Made by a program: the position numbers and the translations under genes. 45,960 nucleotides of DNA from a virus. Location of the stretch: IMG/VR virus record IMGVR_UViG_3300020049_011007. One strand, written 5' to 3'. Positions 1-9,199 of this stretch are shown in pieces. The stretch's first letter is position 1, and each line of letters opens with the position of its first letter. The notes under the pieces are model-generated. The model was given only the letters and a program-made list of their open reading frames with translations. It was not told where the DNA came from and did no database searches.

Positions 1-121
1 GCCCTGCGGTTCCTAAGACCATAGCTTTAAATGGGCTATCTGGAGGGCAAGGCTCAACATAACAATTAACCATGCGCTCAGCAGAAACCAAGCCAGATTT
101 TGCTCTGTAAGAATTAATTCC
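1..121. repeat. Terminal direct repeat; 1..121 is identical to 45840..45960 (circular assembly overlap)
   Basis: Read directly: both copies run gccctgcggttcctaagacc ... gaattaattcc. The repeat lies inside a CDS. Confidence 0.95.
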
Positions 122-148
122 GAAGTTAATTGGCGTTGTATTTCCCAT
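1..148 (-). CDS. 5' end (N-terminus) of the wrap-around tail hub gene whose body is 44563..45960
   Basis: ATG at 148..146 overlaps the TAA of the upstream ORF (TAATG). Translation MGNTTPINFGINSYRAKSGLVSAERMVNCYVEP continues in frame through the repeat. Confidence 0.7.
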   Translation of the reverse strand, partial: MGNTTPINFGINSYRAKSGLVSAERMVNCYVEPCPPDSPFKAMVLGTAG

Positions 149-1098
149 TATCTGTATGACCCAATATTAACACTTGTTGCAGGTTGGAAGTAAATTGAAG
201 CTGGCTCTCTATCGTAGCCTTGAACATCAGCCAAAGCTTGCTCAGCGTCTCTTCTAAGCTGCTCTCTAAATTCTTGGCTTTTGCCTTTTATTCTGGCTAG
301 TCTTAGAGCTAGATTTAAAACAATTGGATCAACCCATTCGATAGGAAAATCTGGATCTGTCGCGGCAGCATCAATGTCGAAAAACATTTTTTGAAATGTG
401 AAATTAACTGTATCGGCAACTGAGTTTGGAGTAGGCCACAGGTAGATAGTACCATAAGCTAATTGCTTGTCGTAGTACCATTGATTTGGGCGGGCAGAGT
501 TAGTTTTGACTGGAATGTTAAAGTAAGAGTCTCTAGCAAGAGCTGTTGTTGGTAAATCACTTCCTGTAGAACTTCTAACGCGCAAGCTATTGATTAATTC
601 AGGGCGATTGATTTTAGTTTGGTAGCAATAAACATTATTGCCAGATGCTGCTGCATAAGTTAAAGCCGAGTTTAAGGTAATTGTTAGGCCAACAATATTG
701 GTGATTGTTGTCCAAAGAATTGTATTATTGTCTTGTACTACACCAATGTTATAACCAATAACAAAACCAGTAGCGCTGGTCACAACGATTGATGTTGCAG
801 CGGCGGCTGCATCTGCCGTTGTCGTAGTTGAAGAATAACTCTCGGTAGCATTAGCAGTAGAGCCATCAAGAGTATATGCGGCCTGACCATTAACCAAAAA
901 TAAAGTACCTTCAGTTGTTTTCCAAAGGTAATCCTTGGTTTTCCAGCTCTTAATCATGATGTTAAGCTCGTCAGAGGCCTCAGAAACTTCTGAAGCACTA
1001 AGGGCGCGTTGGTCGGTACGAATACCAATCGCAGCCATCGCCCTGTTGATTATCTGATTTCTATTTTGAGAGAATGTGTTTGTGGTTCCTACTGTCAT
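148..1098 (-). CDS. Head-to-tail adaptor, P22 gp4-like N-terminal region
   Basis: N-terminus QIINRAMAAIGIRTDQRALSASEVSEASDELNIMIKSWKTKD follows the gp4 pattern (LV.aAL.kLGV...L...e...a.d.L..Mm.eW). It sits directly upstream of the gp10-like gene. Confidence 0.5.
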   Translation of the reverse strand: MTVGTTNTFSQNRNQIINRAMAAIGIRTDQRALSASEVSEASDELNIMIKSWKTKDYLWKTTEGTLFLVNGQAAYTLDGSTANATESYSSTTTTADAAAAATSIVVTSATGFVIGYNIGVVQDNNTILWTTITNIVGLTITLNSALTYAAASGNNVYCYQTKINRPELINSLRVRSSTGSDLPTTALARDSYFNIPVKTNSARPNQWYYDKQLAYGTIYLWPTPNSVADTVNFTFQKMFFDIDAAATDPDFPIEWVDPIVLNLALRLARIKGKSQEFREQLRRDAEQALADVQGYDREPASIYFQPATSVNIGSYR

Positions 1099-1100
1099 AA

Positions 1101-1487
1101 TTAAAATTCAATTGAATATTCTTCGACTTCTCCGATAGTTGTGCATGCAGTAATTGCATTCATTTCGTCTACTGCAAGCTGGCACTTAGTTGCAACACCA
1201 TCATCAATGGGGCGACCATATTTAGTAAGGGCAGCTGCTTGCCAATCAGTATTTTCAAGATAAACTAGACGAGTAGCTACTCTCTCTGCTTTCGCCTCGT
1301 CTAAATCAATCGCTGGAAATTGTGCTTCGATTCGTTCCCAAGTTGGCTTTTCAAATTCAGTATTTTCCCAAACTAGGCCATCAATAGGATTTTCCCAAGG
1401 TGTTAAATCTTGTTGTGTTTCCCAATAAACAAAACCACCTTGAATGGTTGGATAAATTTTTTGTATTGCTTCGATAACTTTTGACAT
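1101..1487 (-). CDS. Putative tail fibre assembly/chaperone-like protein
   Basis: 128-aa acidic ORF immediately downstream of the fibre gene. The motif YLENTDWQAAALTKYGRPIDDG resembles tail-fibre assembly chaperone domains. Confidence 0.4.
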   Translation of the reverse strand: MSKVIEAIQKIYPTIQGGFVYWETQQDLTPWENPIDGLVWENTEFEKPTWERIEAQFPAIDLDEAKAERVATRLVYLENTDWQAAALTKYGRPIDDGVATKCQLAVDEMNAITACTTIGEVEEYSIEF

Positions 1488-1489
1488 AA

Positions 1490-2857
1490 TTAAGCTGAAT
1501 ATTCGGTTACAGAAATTGAAGTTGCTGATACTCCTCCTAATTGTCTGGCAGAAGAAGTTCCATTAAAATAAATATTATTACCATTGGATCCAGCTCTGAA
1601 CCGAAAGGTTGTGGAAGAGGTAGTGCCAGAGGTCATATAATGACGTAATGTTATTGTGATTGGAAAACTATTTCCTCCTGAAGCCATAGTAGTAGCAGCT
1701 AAAGCATTTGAAGTAGCGTCTTGAAATAACGCTGCCGTTATATAGTCGCTTAGATTGCTTGATAATACTGCAATAATATCAATTACCAACAAACTAGTGG
1801 CGCTCTTGGGAGTTATGGAAACAGTCAAAAATTCTATTCCTTCAGTAATTTGTGGTATGGTATCATCCCATGGAATAGTCGTGGCGCCAGCTCCATATGA
1901 ACCACTTTCGTTCTTTTGTATTTGCAATATATTTTGTGTGAGGGAATTAAATAGAACCAGCCACTTAGCAGATGAAGCTTGATATTGTAAATAAACCTTC
2001 TGGGTAGAAGAGGATAATGGGACATTGCCTAGATTTTCGCTCCAAATGTTACCAGTGCCATGCTTGATATTTACTTTTCTTGCCGCATTAACAAGACCAA
2101 GACAAATAATCTCACCATCATTCCCGCCATTGATTGTGTCTAAATCATCCGTAGCTGCTGCACCTTCGGTATCCAGCAAATAATCACTTCCAACATTAGT
2201 CGTAGTGACCACGCCAGTTGCAATTGTAAGTGTTGGGGCTGTTCCTACATTTAACGGAAGAGAGCGTGGATTTAAAACAACAATATCAACGCCATCATTA
2301 ATCGCTACATAGCGCTGGGTGGCTTGTAAATCGCCAGCTTGAAGAGCAACTTTTGTGCCTTGGCCTGTGTATTTTTTAAGGTTTAAAGCAGGAAGACCAC
2401 TAACCGCCATTGTTGGATTAATGACGTTTGCAACGTGGGCTTGAAAGATAAATGTTTGAACACTTGAGTAAGCAGAAATGCTTGGATTAGCATCTAAAAC
2501 ATAAGCCGAGGTAGTGCCTGTAGTTAAACCCCAATAAGAGGTCGGACGGACGTCTAAGTCATTTAAGCTAGTTGTTGAAGCTGTAGCGCCAATTGGATCA
2601 ACTGTTTCAATTACTACATCATTAGCGTCAGTTAAAACTACTTTTGACGTAGCTAGATTTGAGAGCCAAGCAATGGGGAATCTACCGTTGGCGTCAGCAA
2701 CTAGAGGCCAAGCATTAGCTACAGAAAGAGCTTGTGTTGTGTAAGAGTTAATCGGGGTTGTGGTGCCAGTTGTGTAGAACTTGTATTTATAACCAGCGCC
2801 AACTGCTCCAGTGTTTGTGAATACTCTTGCTAATGGTTCGATAAAGATTTGTGCCAT
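1490..2857 (-). CDS. Tail fibre protein
   Basis: N-terminus YKYKFYTTGTTTPINSYTT...ADANGRFPIAWL is a typical phage fibre anchor motif. The body is Thr/Ser/Gly-rich and looks beta-rich. Confidence 0.6.
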   Translation of the reverse strand: MAQIFIEPLARVFTNTGAVGAGYKYKFYTTGTTTPINSYTTQALSVANAWPLVADANGRFPIAWLSNLATSKVVLTDANDVVIETVDPIGATASTTSLNDLDVRPTSYWGLTTGTTSAYVLDANPSISAYSSVQTFIFQAHVANVINPTMAVSGLPALNLKKYTGQGTKVALQAGDLQATQRYVAINDGVDIVVLNPRSLPLNVGTAPTLTIATGVVTTTNVGSDYLLDTEGAAATDDLDTINGGNDGEIICLGLVNAARKVNIKHGTGNIWSENLGNVPLSSSTQKVYLQYQASSAKWLVLFNSLTQNILQIQKNESGSYGAGATTIPWDDTIPQITEGIEFLTVSITPKSATSLLVIDIIAVLSSNLSDYITAALFQDATSNALAATTMASGGNSFPITITLRHYMTSGTTSSTTFRFRAGSNGNNIYFNGTSSARQLGGVSATSISVTEYSA

Positions 2858-2859
2858 GA

Positions 2860-4950
2860 TTAGTCTCTGTAAAAGCGTTGTTTAATTTTTTTTGATTCTT
2901 CTTCTGGGTTTATATTATATGTCATGCCTGGGTTTTGTTTTTTTCGCTCAATTAAATATTTGCGGATTTCTTCTTCTGACATATCATTGTCTTCTGCCGA
3001 GGAGTTAGGAATAATATCTGATTTGGCTCCTATCATTCCCCCTAGAACGGCTGGATAAATACTGTTAATTACTTTCTGAATTATCGGCTTTTGGGTCGAA
3101 TCGGCTTTATTTACAATGCTCTCTAGCATCTGAATGCTAGCCTTCTTGTTAATAAGAATTTTAGTAAGCTCTTCAGCACTTTTCTTGTTTAATCCATCAT
3201 AATGATGAGTTAAAGCAGTTTTAACTGCATGCATACCTTGAAAAGATACTTTTGACCCAGTAGCAATAGAGGCAACTGCCCCTACTAATTTTGATAAAAT
3301 ATTAGGGTTAGTTTCAACCTCATGTCTATCAAGACCATAATTCTTAATTGTTTTATCATAACTAATTTCCTCTTTCATCTTACGGGAAAAATCATTAAAT
3401 CTATTTTTATCTCCTTTGAAACTAGCTGATAATTGTTTTTGGATATGATGATTGTTAAAAAGCTTTTCAGCGGGAGTCTTAGATTTATCAGCTAGCTCTT
3501 GCATTCTTAATCTTTGGCCTATTCTAAATGAATCGATTTCAGATTGACCTAATTTACTCAATTTTATTTTTATTTCTTCTGGAGATAATTTATCAAATTT
3601 ACGCCCTATATCTTGTGCATTTTGCACAGCAAAATCTCCAGCGTAAATATTACGCGCCTTTTTATAGTCAGGGTTTAATATATCCATCTTACTCAAAAGA
3701 AGATTTTTGTATTGTTGCAATTTTGCACCCTTAGAGGTAATTTTATTTGTCACTGGATCAGTTTCCTTTTCAATCAATGAATCTAGACCCTTTTTTAGCA
3801 TGTCAACATTCCTAGTTGTTGGAGTAAGAAATTTATTTGGCTCAATTTTTATGCCATGCTCAATTTGGAATAGAGATGAAGCTTCTTTTGCAGCCTTACT
3901 GGTAAAATCAGAACGACTGGTAATTAAATGTTCTAATTCATGGTCTTTAAAAATATGATCGCCAAACTCATTAACCTCTCCCCCACTATTAGTAGGCTTA
4001 TAAGAATAAGCTTTATCGTAATTCATAAATCCAAAGGCTTTCTGCGTTGCGCGTTTCTTAGCATAATTACTAAAATAATCCTCAACTGGCGAAATATCTT
4101 TTGATAGAATATCACTTATTCTTTCGGCAACCTTTTCTTTTCTTCCCGCAGCGAATTCAGCGGCGATTTGCTTAGATTGTGGATATTTACTCATCGTTGT
4201 TTTGATGAGATTTTGGAATTCGGGAGAATCAATATCTAAAGCCGTTGTTGGCTGCCCTTCTGGGCTTGTTTTTAGTTGTTTTAAAGCTTTTGAAGCGACT
4301 TCGGGAGAGATTGCCTCTTGAGCTATTTGTTCACCCGTCTTCTTACTTAATAAGCCTTTTACAGCAGATGCGCCTTTTCCAATCATATTAGTCGCGGCAG
4401 GAATAATGCTTGCAATCGCAGGAGCAGCTACAGCTCCAATTGCCCCACTTGCCAAAGCATCTTGAGCAACTCCACCCATAGCTTCTTTTTCACTAACTCC
4501 AGCTCCACCAATTGCACCAAGCATGCCACCAGCAGCAGCTAATTTAGGAATTGAGGAGGTGCCAGTTAATCCAACTTTACCCAAAGCGGCAGCTTCAAAA
4601 GGAATATCCGATGCAAACCCAATAGTGCCAGATTGTATTGGATATGTCTCTTGAGCTTGTTTTAATTTGTTTCTTTCAGAGTTTCTGGCTTCACGATACA
4701 AATCACCAATATCAATATCTTTGGTCGCAGCACCGCCAAAAGTCTTAGCAGTAAGCGCAGCAATACCAGCTTTGATTTCATCGCCAAAGTTTAAAGGGTT
4801 GGTTGCTGTAATGAATGCAGCTTCACCGCGACCCATTTCTGGGGCTTGTGGTTTAACTGGATCCAATTGAAAGCCCGCAGGTAATCCTTGAGGTTGAGAA
4901 GTTTGTTGAGGCTGGTCTAATTGAAAACCTTCTGGGAGTTCTATTGCCAT
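2860..4950 (-). CDS. Large internal virion / ejection protein
   Basis: 696 aa and last of three consecutive large non-enzymatic proteins. Duplicated N-terminal LP.GFQLD motif, a Gly/Ala-rich hydrophobic segment, and a basic tail. Confidence 0.5.
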   Translation of the reverse strand: MAIELPEGFQLDQPQQTSQPQGLPAGFQLDPVKPQAPEMGRGEAAFITATNPLNFGDEIKAGIAALTAKTFGGAATKDIDIGDLYREARNSERNKLKQAQETYPIQSGTIGFASDIPFEAAALGKVGLTGTSSIPKLAAAGGMLGAIGGAGVSEKEAMGGVAQDALASGAIGAVAAPAIASIIPAATNMIGKGASAVKGLLSKKTGEQIAQEAISPEVASKALKQLKTSPEGQPTTALDIDSPEFQNLIKTTMSKYPQSKQIAAEFAAGRKEKVAERISDILSKDISPVEDYFSNYAKKRATQKAFGFMNYDKAYSYKPTNSGGEVNEFGDHIFKDHELEHLITSRSDFTSKAAKEASSLFQIEHGIKIEPNKFLTPTTRNVDMLKKGLDSLIEKETDPVTNKITSKGAKLQQYKNLLLSKMDILNPDYKKARNIYAGDFAVQNAQDIGRKFDKLSPEEIKIKLSKLGQSEIDSFRIGQRLRMQELADKSKTPAEKLFNNHHIQKQLSASFKGDKNRFNDFSRKMKEEISYDKTIKNYGLDRHEVETNPNILSKLVGAVASIATGSKVSFQGMHAVKTALTHHYDGLNKKSAEELTKILINKKASIQMLESIVNKADSTQKPIIQKVINSIYPAVLGGMIGAKSDIIPNSSAEDNDMSEEEIRKYLIERKKQNPGMTYNINPEEESKKIKQRFYRD

Positions 4951-6140
4951 TTTCCTCCTCTAAAAGTAATTCTTTGACCTGTTTGTGGGTTAGTTGCTGT
5001 TTGCCCTTCTTGGAAAGAAGAGACTTGAGAAGACTGAGATTGAGGAACTAAACCAGCTTGTGCTTTGGCTCTTTCAACGCCAGTTTGAATGATAGTTTTA
5101 AGCTCTTCTGCTGACTTCTTAAATTCTTTTTCAGATTGTGCTGCAGACATATCAGAGATTGCTTGAGTAGCTTTTTCACCCTCTTTTTCAGTAATTTGTC
5201 CACCACCCTTAAGTGTTTCAAAAGCTTGTAAGAAATTTTTACCTTGCAACTGCTCAAGTTTAGCTTGGAAGTTGGCAGCTTGAGTGCCGGGCACGGCCTT
5301 GTCTCTGAATGGCAAATATTGTACCGCAGCGCCACTGAAAACATTTTTAGCGCCAACGACACTACTCATGCCTTTGTGGCTAGTAATATCATCAATTAAT
5401 TTAATTGCATTATTTGCCTGGGCTTCAACTTTAGGAAGAGAAATTTGACCTACAGCTCTATTTTCAGCCATTGTTTCTTGGAACTTAGAGTAAGCTTTAG
5501 GAGAGGTAAATCCAGCCTCTTTCATTGCTAATCTATCAGCTTTTAGATTACTTACTTCTTCACCTAGTTTCTGAGTTTCTAAACCAGTTTTAGTGATATT
5601 TGCAGCATAGTTTCTTTGTTGAAAACCTTCAGTGACTGTTTGCGCTTTCAGTTTATCGAGTTCTGCTTTAAACTTAGGAGCTTCGTATTGTTCTTTTGCC
5701 ACATCTTCTACTTGACGAGATTGAGCCACAATTGCTTTCAAATAATTTGCAGCCTCAGGAGAATACTCAGAAGGAACTTGAGGTTTTTCCCCAAATTCTT
5801 TTTCAATTTCAGAAATCATTTCTTGGTATTTCTGTGGTCTAATAGGTTCAGGAACGGAGAGAACGCTATTAGCTAATTGACCACCTCTTTGGATCTTGTA
5901 GTTTTGATATTTTTGAAGACCTTCGTAAGCTTGTGGAGCGGCCATAGCAAGCTGTCTAGTAGCTTGTGGGTTGCCTGTTGCGGCAAGCTTGTAAAGAGAT
6001 TGCAATTGGTTTAATTGGTCAACTTTTTGTTGTTGAGCAAGCATTTGCAGATTATTCTCTCTAGCTTGTTGCCCTATTTGGAACCCGCTTTGGATAGAAC
6101 CTGCAAGATTGACTGGTTGTTGTTGGATGAGTTCTGTCAT
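4941..6140 (-). CDS. Internal virion / ejection protein (coiled-coil, Gln/Lys/Glu-rich)
   Basis: 399 aa with an alpha-helical low-complexity composition. It overlaps the next gene by 10 nt. Confidence 0.45.
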   Translation of the reverse strand: MTELIQQQPVNLAGSIQSGFQIGQQARENNLQMLAQQQKVDQLNQLQSLYKLAATGNPQATRQLAMAAPQAYEGLQKYQNYKIQRGGQLANSVLSVPEPIRPQKYQEMISEIEKEFGEKPQVPSEYSPEAANYLKAIVAQSRQVEDVAKEQYEAPKFKAELDKLKAQTVTEGFQQRNYAANITKTGLETQKLGEEVSNLKADRLAMKEAGFTSPKAYSKFQETMAENRAVGQISLPKVEAQANNAIKLIDDITSHKGMSSVVGAKNVFSGAAVQYLPFRDKAVPGTQAANFQAKLEQLQGKNFLQAFETLKGGGQITEKEGEKATQAISDMSAAQSEKEFKKSAEELKTIIQTGVERAKAQAGLVPQSQSSQVSSFQEGQTATNPQTGQRITFRGGKWQ

Positions 6141-6904
6141 TAATATCTACCTGATTGCAAGGTTGTATTAGGCATGTTAGAGCCACTAAAAACACTGTTG
6201 TTGTATTGTCCACTACCAGCAGAACTAAAGCCAGAAGGTGATTTTGCACCACCACCCATTCCACCTAATCCAGCACCTAACATTGAACCACCAACTTGAC
6301 TTAATCCACCACCAATGATATTGCCCATTTGAGCATCACGATTGGCATAAGCCATGCCCTCTTGTTGGGCATATTGAGCCATTTGTGCCCCAGATCCAAT
6401 TTCAATATTAGACATGTTATTTGCGGCGTTTTGACCCATGCCAGCAAGACCAGATAATTGGTTGATGTAGTTTCCATATTCATCTGAAGCAATACCCTGA
6501 GTATAAGCATTCATTTCTTTCATTGCTCCACCAGATAGCAAGCCACCACGAGCAGCTTGAGATGCGGTTAGGGCATTTTGAGCTTGGTCTAAACGGAATT
6601 GATAGCCTGGACTTTTTTGAAATAGATTAGCTCTATCTTCTTGGCTTAGAGTTGTAAGATTACCATTTTGGTCTGCTTGTTGACCAGTTAAAAGACCGCT
6701 TAGAGCATTAAAACCAGTGCGGCCACCAGCTTCGTAGGGTTTTTGATATTGTAAAGCACGACCTCTCGCAAGTTGCGCTTGATAAGCAGCTTCGCGCGCA
6801 GCCTTGGCGGCTCTTTTAGAGGATTTATTGCCAAAATAAGCTTGCGCTCCCATCCCTCCGCCTATTGCTACCGCTCCGCCTATTGCTACCGCTGCAAAAG
6901 TCAT
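6140..6904 (-). CDS. Gly/Ala/Gln-rich internal virion protein
   Basis: N-terminal hydrophobic AAVAIGGAVAIGGGMG, and C-terminal Gly-rich GGLSQVGGSMLGAGLGGMGGG. The stop overlaps the next start. Confidence 0.45.
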   Translation of the reverse strand: MTFAAVAIGGAVAIGGGMGAQAYFGNKSSKRAAKAAREAAYQAQLARGRALQYQKPYEAGGRTGFNALSGLLTGQQADQNGNLTTLSQEDRANLFQKSPGYQFRLDQAQNALTASQAARGGLLSGGAMKEMNAYTQGIASDEYGNYINQLSGLAGMGQNAANNMSNIEIGSGAQMAQYAQQEGMAYANRDAQMGNIIGGGLSQVGGSMLGAGLGGMGGGAKSPSGFSSAGSGQYNNSVFSGSNMPNTTLQSGRY

Positions 6905-6905
6905 T

Positions 6906-7382
6906 TTAAACTCCTAATAAATTTGTTTCTTTAATCCAAGACAAATCGCTTTCATGGACTATTTCTTTTTCTAGGTCTTCCACAGCAGTATGTTCGCTTT
7001 GGTGGATTGTTGACCAGATTGTTTCTTCATGCACATAAATTAAGCGTTTTGTACCTGCTTTCGATAACCATGTTGCAGGGGCTTTTATGCGTGTAGTTCC
7101 TTCGTCAGTCATGATTGTCACTTCACCCTTAGATAGGATGCTTGTGTGGTCGAAGTTGTGAACTTTACCAGTTAGCAATATGTCTTTGGGTAATGTTATT
7201 TGTCTTACGTATGTTTTGTTGCAGATAAAATGCTCTAGCGGCAACTCTTTGGCTGTTTCTTCAGAACCTTCGAAATAGTTCTTTAGGAAATATTCAGCCA
7301 ACTCTATCTTTTGGATATTGGATAGCGTGGTAATATCTTTGTTGTATTTCTCTGCGATGGCTGGCAGATTAAAACAATCCAT
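6906..7382 (-). CDS. Hypothetical virion-module protein (possible cupin-like beta-barrel)
   Basis: ORF track. The pattern Y.RQITLPKD.LLTGKVH...H..I...G...I is cupin-like, but the match is weak. Confidence 0.35.
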   Translation of the reverse strand: MDCFNLPAIAEKYNKDITTLSNIQKIELAEYFLKNYFEGSEETAKELPLEHFICNKTYVRQITLPKDILLTGKVHNFDHTSILSKGEVTIMTDEGTTRIKAPATWLSKAGTKRLIYVHEETIWSTIHQSEHTAVEDLEKEIVHESDLSWIKETNLLGV

Positions 7383-7546
7383 TATTTTTTACCTTTAGCT
7401 TTTAGAGCGCCAATGTTGATTGATTTTTTCATTGGGTATTTCTCATTTGCCAAACTTTGAGCTTTTGCTTGAGAGCCAGCAGGTAAAGCTTGAAACATTT
7501 TTTTAACGCTTAGTTGTGGTTTTTTAGAGCAATCTTTTACTTTCAT
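7382..7546 (-). CDS. Small basic protein (54 aa, below ORF-track cutoff)
   Basis: ATG at 7546 and TAA at 7384..7382 that overlaps the next ATG (TAATG). MKVKDCSKKPQLSVKKMF... fills an otherwise empty gap in the operon. Confidence 0.4.
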   Translation of the reverse strand: MKVKDCSKKPQLSVKKMFQALPAGSQAKAQSLANEKYPMKKSINIGALKAKGKK

Positions 7547-7549
7547 AAT

Positions 7550-7777
7550 TTATAAATCGTTTGGATTAGGAACTGTGAAGGTGTCAATTTCTGGATCGGG
7601 TCTAGCTTCCATAACTGAAATATCTTCTCTAGTATTTGGTGGAATTAAGTACTCTGGATAAGGATCTACTACATTTTTCCAAACTAAAAGCCCATTCCAT
7701 TCTTTAACACATTGACTGCGATAGAGCTTTTTACCAGTTCTATCGCATATTACTCGGTATTCTTTACCCTTAGACAT
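7550..7777 (-). CDS. Hypothetical structural-module protein
   Basis: The ORF track gives 7550..7801 from a TTG. The ATG at 7777 (MSKGKEYRV...) is more plausible. Confidence 0.5.
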   Translation of the reverse strand: MSKGKEYRVICDRTGKKLYRSQCVKEWNGLLVWKNVVDPYPEYLIPPNTREDISVMEARPDPEIDTFTVPNPNDL

Positions 7778-8390
7778 ATCTTTGAGTGATATTGTATTCA
7801 ATAGTGGCGCCAGAGCTGTAAGAATTAACTACAAGCCTAGTAGCGATAACCGCTGTAATATAATTACCTTTTTGGCTAGTAGTTGCATTAACTAGAGCTG
7901 TATCGTCATTATTCACCCAATTAATAGATGATCTGACTAAGGTTTGAATATTGTCAGAGGTGTCTTGGATAGTGTAGTTAATAGTGCCAGTGACAATCGT
8001 GAAAACACCAACAATACCTGCGTTTCTATCTAATCCAACAGTGGGAGAAATAAATTCATCAACCCAGCCGATGTCCATTGTGTCTGCGCCAATTGTGGCA
8101 GAAGGAACAATAGAAGTTAGGGTTTTAAAATATTTTGTGCTCTCAGTTGTTGCTGAGCCTGCTGGGAGAGTGACTGTATCAGTTAGAGCATGACCATCAA
8201 CGTCTGTGCCAGTTAAAAGGGCTGTTTTGCCAGAGTGGTTTGTTGCGCTGTCGTTTCTGATCGATACTCGGTGAGCCAGAGAATCTGTGGCAGCGGTGGC
8301 GGTTAGTGCCCAAGTTGCACCCGTGACATTACTTGCAAAACCCGTAAGGCTTGCGTCTGCTGGTGTAAATAAATATCTGATTGGAAGCAT
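7770..8390 (-). CDS. Hypothetical virion protein (Thr/Ser/Ala-rich)
   Basis: ORF track. It is the first gene after the terminator at 8403..8430. Confidence 0.55.
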   Translation of the reverse strand: MLPIRYLFTPADASLTGFASNVTGATWALTATAATDSLAHRVSIRNDSATNHSGKTALLTGTDVDGHALTDTVTLPAGSATTESTKYFKTLTSIVPSATIGADTMDIGWVDEFISPTVGLDRNAGIVGVFTIVTGTINYTIQDTSDNIQTLVRSSINWVNNDDTALVNATTSQKGNYITAVIATRLVVNSYSSGATIEYNITQRYV

Positions 8391-8402
8391 TTTAATTTCT
8401 CT

Positions 8403-8430
8403 TTAAAAAAGAGGGGTTTTTAGGCCCCTC
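8403..8430 (-). terminator. Rho-independent terminator after the 8437..9132 gene
   Basis: On the minus strand, GAGGGG-cctaaaaa-CCCCTC is followed by TTTTTT. On the plus strand the stems are 8411..8416 and 8425..8430, with the A-run at 8405..8410. Confidence 0.75.
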
Positions 8431-8436
8431 AATTGA

Positions 8437-9132
8437 TTATCTTTCTTTTGCTACAAAAATGTAGTCAACAGACATATTTTTAGCTACAGCTTCACCATTT
8501 TGTAAGGCAAAAGATACTGTAAGCTCAGTAGTTGGTAAGTTAGTGACAACACTTCTTCCTTTATAAGTTGGATCTAAAGTATCAGTTCCTGTGTAATAAT
8601 TTACATAACTAATGCCATCGTAGTAGAAAGCGACGGTAATGTAAGTATCATTAACAAGAGTAGCAATTGCACTAGCTGTTGTTGCCGTGCTAGAAGCAGC
8701 GACAACAAAATTCATAGTTGCAGCTCCATCTGGCTTGATGAAATAGACGCCATCAGAAACAGCAAGAGGAGTTGTATCGGTGATTTGAAGACCCATAACA
8801 ACATCTGATTGAGTTGCATCAGATACTTTGAACCTAGCTTTGAAGAAAGCTTTTTTCCCAGCTGTAAAAGTAAATGATTCACCTACTTTTTGCAAAGCAA
8901 CTAGATCATCGTCTGCTGCTGAGTTGGTAAGTAAAAGAACGCCGCCGTCAGCATCAGTTAGAGCTTGAGTAGCGCCAGCTTGAGTTTCGGTTACAACCCA
9001 ATTTCCTGCTACATAACTATCAAAATCGTTGAAGTATGTATGCAGAGAAGTCGGATCTAATTGAGTCATCTCGCCAAGACAGTTTTGCGCTGTATTGTTG
9101 GTTAGACCGTTTGGAAAGTTTGTAGTACCCAT
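8437..9132 (-). CDS. Capsid-associated protein (possible jelly-roll decoration / head fibre)
   Basis: Lies directly after the MCP gene. The motif FNDFDSY..GNW...ETQAG...DADGGVLLLT...DDD resembles LamG/concanavalin-like folds. This is an inference. Confidence 0.35.
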   Translation of the reverse strand: MGTTNFPNGLTNNTAQNCLGEMTQLDPTSLHTYFNDFDSYVAGNWVVTETQAGATQALTDADGGVLLLTNSAADDDLVALQKVGESFTFTAGKKAFFKARFKVSDATQSDVVMGLQITDTTPLAVSDGVYFIKPDGAATMNFVVAASSTATTASAIATLVNDTYITVAFYYDGISYVNYYTGTDTLDPTYKGRSVVTNLPTTELTVSFALQNGEAVAKNMSVDYIFVAKER

Positions 9133-9154
9133 GTTTTTACCTTTGATTTATGCT

Positions 9155-9173
9155 GGGGGGAATTTCACCCCCC
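9155..9173 (-). promoter_or_regulatory. G6/C6 stem-loop immediately 3' of the major capsid gene
   Basis: GGGGGG (9155..9160) aatttca CCCCCC (9168..9173). There is no T-tract on the transcribed strand, so it is more likely a stabiliser or attenuator than a full terminator. Confidence 0.5.
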
Positions 9174-9199
9174 TTTACCCAATAGGAACAATATTAGAA

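Noticed and set aside
1-121. Functional short direct terminal repeats (T7-like physical ends)
   Set aside because: The repeat interrupts a CDS that is only complete after circular joining. It is more consistent with an assembly overlap of a circularly permuted genome.
1755-2025. Short ORFs nested within or antisense to large late genes. Besides this one: 3528..3958, 4667..4870, 5048..5362, 5616..5876, 6061..6510, 7984..8193, 9375..9563, 10171..10413, 10802..11053, 11373..11591, 11913..12104, 12646..12855, 15136..15401, 16339..16524, 41737..42226, 42286..42898, 43816..44306
   Set aside because: All are embedded in longer, better-supported CDSs and show atypical composition. They are treated as shadow ORFs.
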